The position numbers were made by a program, and so were the translations under genes. A stretch of 63,695 bases of DNA, counting the filler, from Choristocarpus tenellus KU-1152 (lineage: Eukaryota > Protista > Phaeophyceae), in the NCBI GenBank assembly GCA_964200185.2. It is 13 parts of 13 records of this genome, joined end to end, with 100 filler letters (N's around TTAATTAATTAA, not from the genome) between each part and the next. Parts side by side here need not be neighbours in the genome. Positions count along the whole stretch, not along the records: positions 19,866 to 30,613 come from CAXNAD020002738.1; positions 30,714 to 34,875 come from CAXNAD020015900.1; 11 more parts are not named here. The stretch is one strand, 5' to 3'. Under the pieces are notes generated by a model. The model saw nothing but the letters and a program-made list of their open reading frames with translations. It searched no databases and had not been told where the DNA came from. Of this stretch, positions 22,114 to 34,792 are shown one piece after another. How positions within the stretch are numbered: the first letter of the stretch is position 1; each line of letters begins with the position of its first letter.

Positions 22114-23294
22114 CAGATATTTCAATAGCTAGTTTCAAGATTGATTTAAATGCTTCAAACTATGCCTGGCAGGGCGCTAGGAAGATGTCAAGGATTGTGC
22201 AAAGTTGAGTTAAGTTTGCGCCTAGAACAACTATGCACTTGAAGAACACATACTATTTCATTGTCGATTTTATCAACCAAGGCTCTTTACACAATGAAGT
22301 GGTGGTGCTCAAGTTAATCCTTGGTTTGTGCTTGTTGCCAAATATGGCGATTTTGGAGTAGCCCATCTTCAACTACTTCAAAGCAAAGGTTTACTGACAG
22401 AATCTTCTTTAGCTATGAGGACATCTCACTCATTAATCACTAGTAAAGTCGATAGAAAAGATTATGAGTTCATACGCAGGATCAAGTCCATGGACACTAA
22501 ACTCAAAACATGGTACTATCAATATATTATTGAAGGGCCTCCTGTCATACAAACTAGATGCTAGCAATACCTCACTGATATTTGATTATCCACAGCACCA
22601 AAAGGGGACAGTCACATATTGGACATACACCACATTCTGTTCTATTCAAACCCTGTCACCGCTATTGGGTGAAACCCCTCCTTTCAGATGCGAACAACTG
22701 AGGTGGCAAGGTATACACAGTGGGCGCTGGAGAGTGCAGGGGGCCTGGGACAGGAAGAGTTTTTGGTGCAACCAAGGCTGAGTGCTGGCATAGGATGCTC
22801 ACAACCATCTGAAGAGCAGAGCCTACAGTATCGTGACGTCATGTAATAGCAGGAGGTAGCTTCATTCAATAAATCACTTTCCTCTGGTATACTTCCTGAG
22901 TCTGTCCCAATAAAGGCAACACATTGCCACAATTTTCTTCCTGGTTGCATTTATCATGAAAAATATAATACTAGTAGTGGGTTGGATTTTCCATCTTTCT
23001 TCATAAAGCTATCATAAAAGGCATTTATTATACAAGGGGGAAGGATGCATCGCAGTGCCTCTACAACCACAAGCGACAACCGAAAACACTATTATATCCT
23101 ACAGCATTGTATGAACATCAACTTGCACACACCTGGCGCACTAAAGTTTGCATTACGGTTTGCATTACAGAATTCCAAGGCGCCTAGAAGGTATACCTTC
23201 AGCAGATACAGTAGTGATTGTTATCCCGTGTTGCCAAGTGACACTAGCTCAAAAAATATCAAAGAGCCTAATCAACCATTACATATATACAAAT

Positions 23295-26200
23295 TTACTT
23301 GTCAAACCTTGCTCGTTTCTTCCCCGGTTCGACTAACTCTTCACCTGCCTCATCGCCCTCTTCAACCATCTCCAGCCCCCTTCCTACCACACTCTCTTTG
23401 ACTCCCTCCTCCTCACTATCACTATCTTCACCAGTCACTACAAGAAACTCTCCAAACACATCAAACCGGCTTCCAGGTGCCGCGGAGCTAACATACTTGA
23501 CAAAACTAAGGATACCCACATCATCCCGAAGCACCAGACTTAGGGTATTTGATGCTGCAGAGACCGATACGAGGGAACCGCCTTCATCATCACGATAAAC
23601 AGCCGCATCTTGCCCCTTGCTTCCTCCCACATCCCCACCATTAACTTCGCCCTCCACAGCTTCCTTCTCCTCACCACCCTTGTCATTTCCAGTAGCTACA
23701 CCCTTCTCTTCTCCTCCCACCTTGGAACCAGGGTCATCATCCTCATCTTCACCACCCAGATAGGTGACGTATCCTCCAACCTCATCTTGCCTCCATGCTG
23801 CCTCCTTGTAAGGCTCTGTGTCATCAACAAAGCACAGGATGGCATCTAGCACCATCAAGGAGCCCTCTTCTTTGGAGGTGGGGTCAGCATCGCCAGCATC
23901 ACCAGCATCATCTTGCTTACCTTCAACCTTCTCTTCATCTTTGCTTTCAGACACAGGGGGAGGGGAGCCTTTCCATACCCATGGTGCCGCTGGGGTGGCG
24001 AGAGTGTAGTCAAGGCCAGGGCGGAAACGGCGAGCCTGAGACCGGGAGGCAGAGATAGATGCCCCAGCTATTCCTTCCAGAAGAGACTTAAATGCCTTGT
24101 TTTTGAACAGCTGTACATGCAAACATGTTATTAAGGGCAGCAGCATAAGGAGGGGTAAGGGCAGAGCGGAAGAGATAGGTGGGTAAGATAAAATCCTTGT
24201 TTTAATAGATAATATATATTTGTTCATCTATCTGTTCGTCTTCACCTTAAAATTGCCTCCAAACTGATCATAGAAGAAAATGTCAGGTCATTGTAGGTAA
24301 ATGACTTGACAAAAATGCCTGGTGAGGCAACTTGCGAATTCAAAGAAATGGAACCATTAATGTAAATGTAACTATGACAGCTATCCTATCAAGACAAACA
24401 TGCTGAGAAGGGGATTCAGGGGGTATGATCCTGTACATCAATCACACCATACCTCTTCAATATGTGCCATTGTAGATACTGTCAACACAATATGGTCAAT
24501 ACAAAATTTCACCCTTCTAAAAGTCCGGGCTTGTGTTCAAGCACGGGGACTAGATAGATTGCTTCAACAAATAGTATTTTGGTGGATACAAACTTCTGAT
24601 AGATTTCTCTCTAACAATACAACCCTAACCTTTTCATCCAAGACAAACTATTTCAATCTCACCTTGTCCCGGATATCACGCATTAGCTTCCCAATCTCAT
24701 CATCAGCATCTTGGTCAGATTCTCCTGCTCACCACAATTCAACAACGAAAACAATAATTAGGATTAGGGTTAGGGTTGGTTGTGAATGAGGATAGGTATA
24801 AATGAGGAACTCTGGATCCAAAGGCAATGTGAAGGAAGAGACTGTTATTGATATCATCATTTTGGCAGGGCAAGTCTACCAGTTAGCTTCTACTTATCAC
24901 TTTCACATCTTACCTTCTGTCCAATCCTAACCCTAACCTTTCCCAATATTGCGTTATACTCCATACAAAGGCCTCAGCACATTGTCAGCAACTCACTCTT
25001 ACTACTGACCAGCAGAAAGTTTCCCAACTTAAAAGCCTTAGCACACTAGATACCACAAGAATGGTGAAGTGAATTGTCTTCACCTCCTCAAAAAGTGATC
25101 ACCCCACAAGACTGAAACACATAAAAACAAGAAACGAACCCCCTAACCCTAGCCCTAACCTGAAACCAATGAAGTAACTGAAGCACAGGATTGCAAGTAC
25201 ACATTAACAGCTGATAACAGAGTCTCTCTCACCCCAGAGATTTTTTTATTCCCTCAATCATATCTGTAGCGCCTTGAATTTGAATTTTGAATTTGTAGAC
25301 ATGATGGCACAACCACCTTAACTGCCTTGTCTTCCATCATCCGCAGACCTCAGGCCTCTAAATCCCTATCCCTAACTTTACTTTGATGCAATGAGAGATG
25401 GTGTGTCATCTGAACAGCAAGGAATGCTCTCAGATCACAAAAAAAATATCAGTTCAACCACAGAGCTGAAGACTGAAAACATGGTATTTTGAAGGGGGAT
25501 AAAAATATGTATAGAGTATGTATAGAGCTCAGGCAAACACTGAGCCACACTTGAAGATAGGAAGTGCCTGTCAAAAGCAAGTGCACAAATGTTGAACTGC
25601 ATGCAACAGAAGTATTTCAAAGGCTCACACAATTAATGAACTAGAATTATTGTCTTGTCAATCATGAGTACAGTATTTTAATAGCACTTTAGTGTGGTGG
25701 AGCTTCACCACCCCGCTCTCCAAATTTGTTATTAGTTATTAGGATGTAACAGCAATCTCAACTTGTGAACCCAAGTTCAACACTGGAAAAATTCACTATA
25801 GTACAATCTACCAACTTCCAAAATTTCAGCGCCCACTCCTACCCCATCCCTCACCCCCCAAACCCCTAGTTCTCACCTGGTGGTATCTGGCTAAGCCTGA
25901 GCATACGCTGTCTATGTGGTGGTCCAGCTTGCCTCCACCCTCCCCTGACACCCGTGTCAAAAGGTGACGCTTCCATGTAGCCAAGTCCATCTGCACTGTC
26001 TGAAGCACGCACAGCTTCTAGAACCTTCTTGGAAACTTCATCCTAAAAAACAGGACAGAAAACAACAAATGCCTTAAGTTGGGGCTTCACATCAGTTGGG
26101 AGTAAGCAATAAAATTGGTTTCTGAGTAACAGCTGTCTCTCTTCACAGTTCCAAGCAAACGTTCCAAGTAGCACCAACAGCCTTGTCAGGCTATAGTGAA

Positions 26201-29050
26201 GGTGGGTATCCATTTAGAATTGGAGAGTAGAGCTCAACAGAGTCTATCCTGCCCTCCCAGTATGTTTCCAGTTATTTATGTTTTTCTTTAAAAGAGCAAA
26301 TTCAAGAAAAAAAAGAAAGATTGGGGTATACCTTGAGGAATCTGTGCAGCTGCAGACTCGAACCATTGTCTGTGAATGCCTCAGCACACTGCTCCACCAT
26401 AGAAGATGAAAGGTACTCACTGTTTATCCACCCTGCCAGATCACCCATATCCTGAAACACGCATTACATTTTGAGCATTTGGGAGTACACAGTCACAACA
26501 ATCCAGGATTGCATCCGGCACTGAAGAAAGGGCCATTCAATTTGCAGTATCACCTCTCCTATCCACTCTCTTGACCCATACTTTTCTTGGTCAACCCCAG
26601 CCCTACTAAACTATTTTCCCTCCTAAAGTTCATCCCATCCTCACAGCATATAGCATTGAATTGCAATGCACAAGCTTAGCTATGCATCAAAACATTGCAG
26701 CCTCCTGGCAGCATGAGATACAGTCTATAAAGTGGGGTAAATGATCTCCCATCCCTCCCCGTCCTGTCGTCCATTTTCCCCTCCACATCAACCGCTAACC
26801 CTAACCCTAACCCTTTAACAACCTTACCTCCGTTCCGCCAAAATCTCCTAGGAACTCCCCAGCCGCCCCGTCATCCTTTGTATCCCTCCCTCCTATATCT
26901 CCACCTCCTTCTAACTGTGCAAGCGTTGAAACACCTGCCACCTCCTCATTTTCATAATCCGACTCAGTAGGTTCTCCAACAGCGCATTCAAGGAGGGCAC
27001 TCCTGGGGACGCCCTGTGAGTCACTCTGTAGCCCTAGCGCAACCTCTGAGGGCAATGCGCCATGGAACCAACCTGATACCGCAAGTCTGGGTTTGTGCTC
27101 ATTGTAAACCTAGCATCCAAGAAGAGTTGTAAAGCAATGGGGTGTAGTTACGTGGGGCTGACCCCATACTCTTTCCTTTCAGTGTGCGTATGCGTGTGAA
27201 ATGAACAACCAGACTAGAATCATAGCACCTGTGTGGGAAATTAACTATGTATGTGCAATTGATGATGTTCTGGACATGAGGTAACATGCAAAAAAAAGAT
27301 GTGGAAGAGACTGACAAACTAAAGGTACAAAAGATAGAGATCCCCCCTTTATCTCCACTGTGTCTTGGAAGCCAAAGAAAAATGCAACAGTGACCACATC
27401 AGGGAAGTCAGGAGCGCATGCCCTTGGTGTGTGCATTTACATTACAAGCAGAAAATGATACTCTGCGTGAGCCGAATCTACTCCGCTACTGGCTCAAAGT
27501 ATCTGGGAGGGTTGGGGGTCTATACCGGGGTGGAGAAGTCAACTTACATTATCCATCCGACGCATGCAACCAAATCACCCAAAAATCACGACATGGAAAA
27601 ATGGGCCCCGACTGGTTAGCCGCCACCCCCCCCCCAGATACTTTGAGTCACTCTTCTTGGGCAGCAAGCTCAAAAAGAAGAGGAGCTGCCACAGTCTAAC
27701 ATGTCCAATAGAACTCCAATCGCTCTGCTTACAGCATTCAGGACATAATTAGCTACTAAAATGCATCCAATCATGCACTATCACTCTACTCATAGCAGGA
27801 AAGGAGAATTTAAGTACCTTGTATAATATTGTGGCCAGTATGAGGTCAGGTAGTCTTTTGATTGTACTGAATACTGACCTCTTGCACATCATGGAAACTT
27901 CTCCCTGGCTGAACTGCGAACAGGACCATTTGGTTCCACTTTGGTGGTATCACCTGCAGTCACGTTGGTCCTCACTATGTCATGAAAGTGTATTGTCCAT
28001 AAACAACAATAAAACACGAGGAGCATAACTCAATCTTTATCTCATAAATAGCAACAAGTGGTTTGCTCAACATCGAATATTCGCAACAGTCATGATATTT
28101 GAATCTGTGGTAGTATATGGAATACTAATCACCTTGCTAGGTGCGAATGCAGGCACCCCTGGCACACCCTCCATATCTAAGGGGTAGAGCTGAAGGCCAC
28201 CCCCGTCAGGCTTCTCTCTTGAGCCCCAGTCTTGGTCGACTAGGTAAAGAATGTATGACACCTAGGCAGGACCAAGTCAAGGATGTGGGCAGGAGAAACA
28301 CGATCATTCAGTCGGACGTCCCTGAACAGTCAAAGGCTTAATTATCAACTTAATCTACCTCTGATATAATGTTAAAAGGCATTTGTAAAGATATGTACCT
28401 TTCTCGTTCCAATGACGTCGTCATGACAGAGAAGGTGCCCTGTGTGACCATAAGCGTTGACCGAGAGATCGATCTTCTCTCCGCTCAGCGGCCCCGACCC
28501 CGTCAACCTTTGTACTAGGCGACGGAATTCCAACGAGTAAAGAGCACCCCTTAATGCAAACAGTGAGGGGAGGAGCCGCTGAGATTCCTCTGGAAGGCTG
28601 TCCATATTGGCAAGGTCACCCGTTTGATATACCTGCGTTTGAGCAACACAGATTGTGGAGTAACTCGGGGACGAAATGGGCGAGCGTCGACATGCATCAT
28701 GCACAGGTATATTTGAAGACGGGGATATTTAAAGATTGATAGGGCCACTACGCATGAGTACTTCCCGATACGCACCGCCTGGGTCGACGGTGGCGAGATT
28801 GCACCTTATAGATATCGGTCTCCTTCAGAGTTGCCTGCATGTTGATCTTCAGCTCCTCGCAGGCACCTTGGAGAACATTATCCTTCATAAAATCTTGGAT
28901 GATGAGGTGTCGATAAGGCTTGGACTCGAGGTACTCAGCACGCATGTTGGCCACCGTTGATGACTCAAAAAGGCTAGGACGTAAAGGAGTGTGGGGACCA
29001 CTATCCTTAGTATCACTGCCGACCATATCCTTTCCCTTGTCCATAGCCAT
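23295..29050 (-). CDS. OGFOD1: OGFOD1/Tpa1/Ofd1 prolyl hydroxylase (2OG-Fe(II) dioxygenase), 709 aa; exons 28805-29050, 28399-28632, 28133-28261, 27879-27953, 26828-27109, 26332-26451, 25877-26042, 24663-24724, 23295-24110
   Basis: Nine GT-AG exons join into an open 2130-bp frame. Motifs: [59 protein letters not shown], and a C-terminal domain with [39 protein letters not shown]. Confidence 0.95.
27491..27649 (+). mobile_element. MITE family A, complete, in OGFOD1 intron 4
   Basis: GGCTCAAAGTATCTGGG ... CCCAGATACTTTGAGTC; ACT duplicated. Confidence 0.9.
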
Positions 29051-29588
29051 GCCTGAGGCAGAAGAAATAGCTCACTGTGTTTCTATTCGTGTTTTGGTGC
29101 TCTGGTGAGGACTAGTTTGCTTCGTCTATCATTTATGTCGTGTGAAGGTTGGGTTGTGATGGTTAATAATGGATGGGATTTGTGGGAGGAGTGCCGCGAG
29201 CAGATATTGACCTCGCAAAACGCGCGCCAGTTAGTATCGAACTGACATGCCTATACCATCCTCTGTGTACTACACCACAAAAACTCCAGACCATATTCAA
29301 GGTGGAAACTTTGGAGCCCAGGTCCAGCAGAAGACTCAAGGGAGTAGATGGAGCGACGAAGGGTGGGAATGCTGAACCCAACTTGCGAGAAGTAAGGCAG
29401 GAACAGAACCAGTAAATTTGGTCGTATTATTAATCGCGTAGTAGTGTGTAGTTGGTCTTATCTCGGGTCGGAATCATCCCCGAATTTCGTCACTATAACA
29501 GCAACAATAGGAACTTACCATAACTTGTTACTATTGGTAATACATATGTAGTATATATACCTCTAAATACAATTTGATCAACATAAAT

Positions 29589-29631
29589 GATCCAAAGAAT
29601 CTGGGGGGGGCTATACCAGATACTTTGATTC
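29589..29631. mobile_element. 43-bp TIR-only derivative of the MITE family
   Basis: GATCCAAAGAATCTGG(G)n-CTATA-CCAGATACTTTGATTC with AAT on both sides. Confidence 0.75.
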
Positions 29632-30427
29632 AATATTTGTCTAATATGTATGATATCAACTCCAGAGAAACATTTGTGGTGACTAAGGAAGAGGCACGGA
29701 GAAAGTGGCAGTTGAGGAGGTGTCCAGGGGGCACCAGTACTTCCGTCGAGAAGGGGAAAGCTCCCGTACTTCTCGATGCATGGCCCCTTTATGCGTGAGA
29801 AATGCAACTCTGAGGCGCCCTGATGGTCTCTACCCCAAAATATCCACTCAACCATCACCGCATTGGTGATGATGATGTGCCTGACACCTTTGCCAAGCTC
29901 TGGGAACTATAACAACAAACACGTTCCTGGATTCCCTCCCCAGGGTTTTTGGAGGGCATACAGGATCTCGACTCTGCAGCAAGTGCTATCCAGTAGCATG
30001 CTGTTCTTTTTTCAAGAGAGCATGTTAATCGGCGTTCTACCCCAAATGGCACCCAATCCTGGAACAGCAACATGTGAGAATAGGTTGGTATAGTATTGAT
30101 TTCCCAATGGTATGGATTGAGCTCTACTCAACATCCATCTATGGGATGAGTGGGGGAATGGGTCTTGAGCCTAGATGTGAATAATGGATTCAACAGTGTG
30201 CATCGCCATTCCTTTAACAAAGCCCTCCCACAGGTACTCTGCTGTTCCTAACTTATGTGGTAAAGTCTATGGAGGCTCGCTAGAACTACCCTTTCCATTG
30301 GATGAAGTGAGGTAAAAAATATTACATTCAGTCCAGATCAGGAGCACATTGAGGTGATCTGGCTAGGCCCCCTCCTACTCTGTTTTGACACCTCCAAAAG
30401 GTGCTGCAGAAACTCCAGACAATTTTT

Positions 30428-30596
30428 GTCTCAAAGTATCTGGGAGGGGGTGTCCATTTGGGGTCAATTTTTTCATGTCGCGATTTTGGGGTGATTTGGT
30501 TGCGTACGTCGGATGGATACTATAATGCACTTTTCCTTATTTTGGTTCAAATGGACACCCTGGTGTAGACCCCCCCCCCCCCCCCATACTTTTGGT
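30428..30596 (-). mobile_element. MITE family A (near contig edge)
   Basis: GTCTCAAAGTATCTGGG...GGACACCCTGGTGTAGACCCC...CATACTTT. Confidence 0.85.
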
Positions 30597-30772
30597 TTTT
30601 TTTCTCCCCGTTTNNNNNNNNNNNNNNNNNNNNNNNNNNNNNNNNNNNNNNNNNNNNTTAATTAATTAANNNNNNNNNNNNNNNNNNNNNNNNNNNNNNN
30701 NNNNNNNNNNNNNGTTTTTTTTTCAAACACTACCAAACAACCAAAACAAACAAACCCAAAAACAACAAAAAA

Positions 30773-30809
<37 letters not shown>

Positions 30810-31111
30810 AGAAAAAGAAAATACTTCTGAAAGGCAGTCAAGTCAGAGGATTGAGAGACAAACACTACTGAGTACATCCGAACACACACAGATCACAAGA
30901 CGATACAAAGATAATCAAAAGAATGCATCAGAACAGTCGCAGACCTCCCAGAAGCAAACGGTGAGATATAACTGAGACCACGTTTGGACAAATGATGTCG
31001 TACAAATAAACAGAATGGCTACGCTTATCGTGTACATGCCACCCAACAACGGACGAGCCCGACTGCCCTGCCCCCACATGAAACTGCCAAGACCGGAAAT
31101 GGGATCGGACA

Positions 31112-34100
31112 TCAAAGGATATGGTGCTTCTGCAGCTGTCTGTACTTAGAAAGGATTATCCCCACAATGATCACCAGCACCAGCAGCAGGCCGTAAAAAG
31201 GTCGCTGCCACTGCCCAGACTTCAGAGACCACAACAGTGAGAGAGATGCATCAGGTTACGCAGCCACCGTGTTGCCGTTCACCATTGCCCGTTTGATGCC
31301 AATCATGGTGGGGGAGTAATTTCCCCAGCAGTGGATAAAAAAAAACGTCACAGGATCATGGGGTCGAAACCGGGCAGGACAGTAGCCAACATGAAAAAGA
31401 GGGTAATGTGTGTGTGTGTGTGGGGGGGGCAGTGTTGAGACCATAGGGTTAGGGTTGGGTGATAAGACATCAAAAAAAGCTTTTTGACAAAAAAATGATG
31501 TAATAAACAACATTTTTGTCGTACAATCAATTAGCCAACAGAATCATGAAAGCTCCCTCACATAGAAGCATCAATCTTGGAATCAATGATACTGTTACCA
31601 ATACTACCATGATATATCAATATTGAAAACAAAAGTAATGAAATAAAAAAAACAGATGTCATAACACACTACTACTAAGTTACTGTAGTTGACTTTCTGG
31701 GGTTAACACAAACAAACAAACAATTTCATAGAGCAATGGTGCTCTACACAGCAAATGGGACATTTCATGAAATGACAGTGAGGACTTGAGCACTGCCATA
31801 AACACTACAGAGCCTTACGTAGCAATCAATGGCAACATAAAAGTAACTCAGAACATTCTCACATCAAACCCTCTCAAGTAGTGCCCCCAAACAAACTCAA
31901 AAAGAGAAGCAATTCTCACAAATCCCTCGTAGCACTCAAAATGCTCTAGGGCTAACAGGGATCGGCTCCTGGGCAGGCAATACCTAGTGAAACCTCAAGA
32001 CCTGCTGAAGCAACCGATCGATCGCAGAACTCCATGCACCATACATACAATATACATATATACATACATACATTATACATACAGTAATGTATTAATACAG
32101 TACATTACCAACTGCACAAACCCTAACCCCAGTTAAAGAGGTTGTTATCAGCAAGAGAAATTCTTTACTTAAAAAAAACACATTCTAGGAAACCTAAAAG
32201 AAGGGTGTTATTAGCAAGAGAAATTCTTTACTTAAAAAAAAGCATATTCTAAGAAACCTAAAAGAAAGAAAAAAATGCAAAAAAATTAAATTGTTATTCG
32301 CTCAGTATCCTACAATACATTTTTTTTTGTCTTTTTTCTCCTCATGGAAAGAAAAACAGGAAGCGAAGGGTGGTGAGAGGAAAGGACCTCTGTGACTAAC
32401 GTACACAAAAAATATTCTACTTTTATTGATACTAAATAAAGCAAAAATTACACCTATAAAAAAAAATGCATCTGACACAAACACACTGTACCTCTTCTTG
32501 TCAAGAGTATCACTTTCCTGCGCACATGACATCACAAATAATAATAATAATATTAATAACGTAGTGTGTATTAAGTTTTACATCAGCAGGATCACAACAA
32601 AAAAATAAATAATGAGACTCCACATGTCTGTCCAGAAGGAGAGATCAAGGGGGGAAAAGGAGAACAGGAATGTTCACAAGGCTACACTGGCTCTTACCAT
32701 CTGCCCCACATGTTCTGTCATCTTCACTTCCACCCTGTCATTGATGCCATTGTACGCCTGCCATTTTATACCAAAACAAAACATAAAGATAAAAAAAACG
32801 CGGTTACAGGAGCTCTGAAAATACCTCAGTAAGATAAGAGAAATAAAACTACCTAAAGAAAAAAAGTATACGATTCAAATTGAGACACGAGCTATGACAT
32901 GAGATAGCATGAGCTGCAGCTGCAACACCCAGCTCTTTTCCTACACAGACAGTAGACACATGTATCCCCTACATCAATACATCAATACACACATGGGATC
33001 ATGCCGAGGAGAGCAGAACCTAACCATGCCATAGACAAAGTGCAACCAACTACCATTATAGTCCTAACCCTAACCCTAACCTTATCTCAAGTACGTTCAA
33101 ATCCGGTTCAAAATCTCACTAGAAAAAGAAAAAAAATCTTAATGACCAAAAAAATTAAAATTATTAAAAAGTATGTATTTTTTTATTTTTTAAAATTAAA
33201 AAATAGCACCAGACCTGACTGATCTTCCTTTCCACGGTCCTCTTCACATTCGTCGACATGTCCTCCTCCAGCGCACTCACACGCCTCTCCAAGGCCTGCA
33301 TCACATTACGATTCATACTCTCCTGCAACAATATTTAAAAAAATCCAATGCGGGTTGGTGTTGGGGACATCAGTCGTAGTGGAGAAAAATGTATAATTAT
33401 TATTATGAAAAATGTGTTGTTATTATCATTATTATTAGTAGTAGTAGAACTATTATGAAAAATGTGCCTGTCCAGCCAGGCGGACACCCCAACCACACAC
33501 CCCTGTATTGAAACATGTGTGATACATAGGATAGGGTATCTATCACCCAATCAAGAAAAATAACCTCTACTATACAGTGGTAAGACATTATTAATAGTAG
33601 ATATCTCATTATAATGAAGCGATAATGAAGCAATAATGACGCAATACATCTCTATAACTCCTAAATCAAAGTACCTGTAAGCAATGTCCTTCTACCTCAC
33701 AATTCTAGTGGATACCTAAAATGAAAATTTTTAAAAGAGAGCTGAAGAACAAAAAGTATTCTCAGAATAAATAGAAACATTTTCTTCTAAGGGGATCTAT
33801 ATTCAATTCTTTAAAAAGGGTTTGTGCGAATCACAGTCCAGTAAAATAGAGCCAGTTTTAGCTGGCTCTTTTCTATCGCACCTACCCATCCGCAGCATTT
33901 TCTTTATCTGTGCACTTTTGGCCCCCCCAAAAATCAAAAACAGTACCCCACCTCACCCATAAAAAATACCCCACGCCCATGTGATCAAATAATTTCATTA
34001 AACTCTGCAATAAAAAAAAGTTGAACAATTCAAGGATCTCAAAAACAATTAAAATGTTAAGTTATTTCACTACACTCTCAAGTATTTTTTTAATATTTTT

Positions 34101-34324
34101 CCAACAGGTATCTCCCCGAACTGTCACCATGTCACACATCCATCCATCCATCCATCCAATTTCTAACCCTAAGTATTGGATTTTTTAAAAACATTACAAC
34201 AGTACGTAAGAGAATGCAAGTACCGGATGAAAGGTTGGGGACTACAGGGGGGGGAAGGGGGAAAAGGCGGNNNNNNNNNNTTTAAAAAAAAAAAAAAAAA
34301 GAAAAAAAGGGGAGAGGAGGGAGG

Positions 34325-34360
<36 letters not shown>

Positions 34361-34792
34361 AAAGGGGGGGGGGGGGGGGGGGAGGGGCTCAACAACACCA
34401 TAAACAATAGAAGATAAGATGTAAGTTGTATCAAGAGGCATAAATATCCAAAAACCACCTGTCACCCTAACCCTAAATATCTCACACATAACAACAGGAG
34501 AACTTCCTGACTCACATATAGCATATATTTATTTTCTCTCTTCTAAAAGCACCCAATCATAATACATGCACATACCTGTAGAGCACAAACCTGAACTCCC
34601 CCCCCTCACACACACCCCAATCAAACAAGCAAAAAAATGGTCTACAGTTAGACCTTCAGTAGACCCTCTCCAAGTATATGTAACACACTAACATAAGCCA
34701 TATTCCCACCTCCAGTTCTTCCAGCCGTTTTTCTGCACTCTCTTCTGCAGCCTCTAATTGGTCAATTGCATTCTGTAGGCCGTCGTGGATAT
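31112..34792 (-). CDS. 3' part of a type I membrane protein, probably L-type lectin/ERGIC-53(LMAN)-like; exons 34710-34792, 33215-33322, 32698-32757, 31112-31219
   Basis: Spliced coiled coil 'IHDGLQNAIDQLEAAEESAEKRLEELE|ESMNRNVMQALERRVSALEE...' then TM and short basic tail 'GQWQRPFYGLLLVLVIIVGIILSKYRQLQKHHIL*'. The lectin domain is not in the contig, so the family call is inferred from architecture. Confidence 0.65.
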
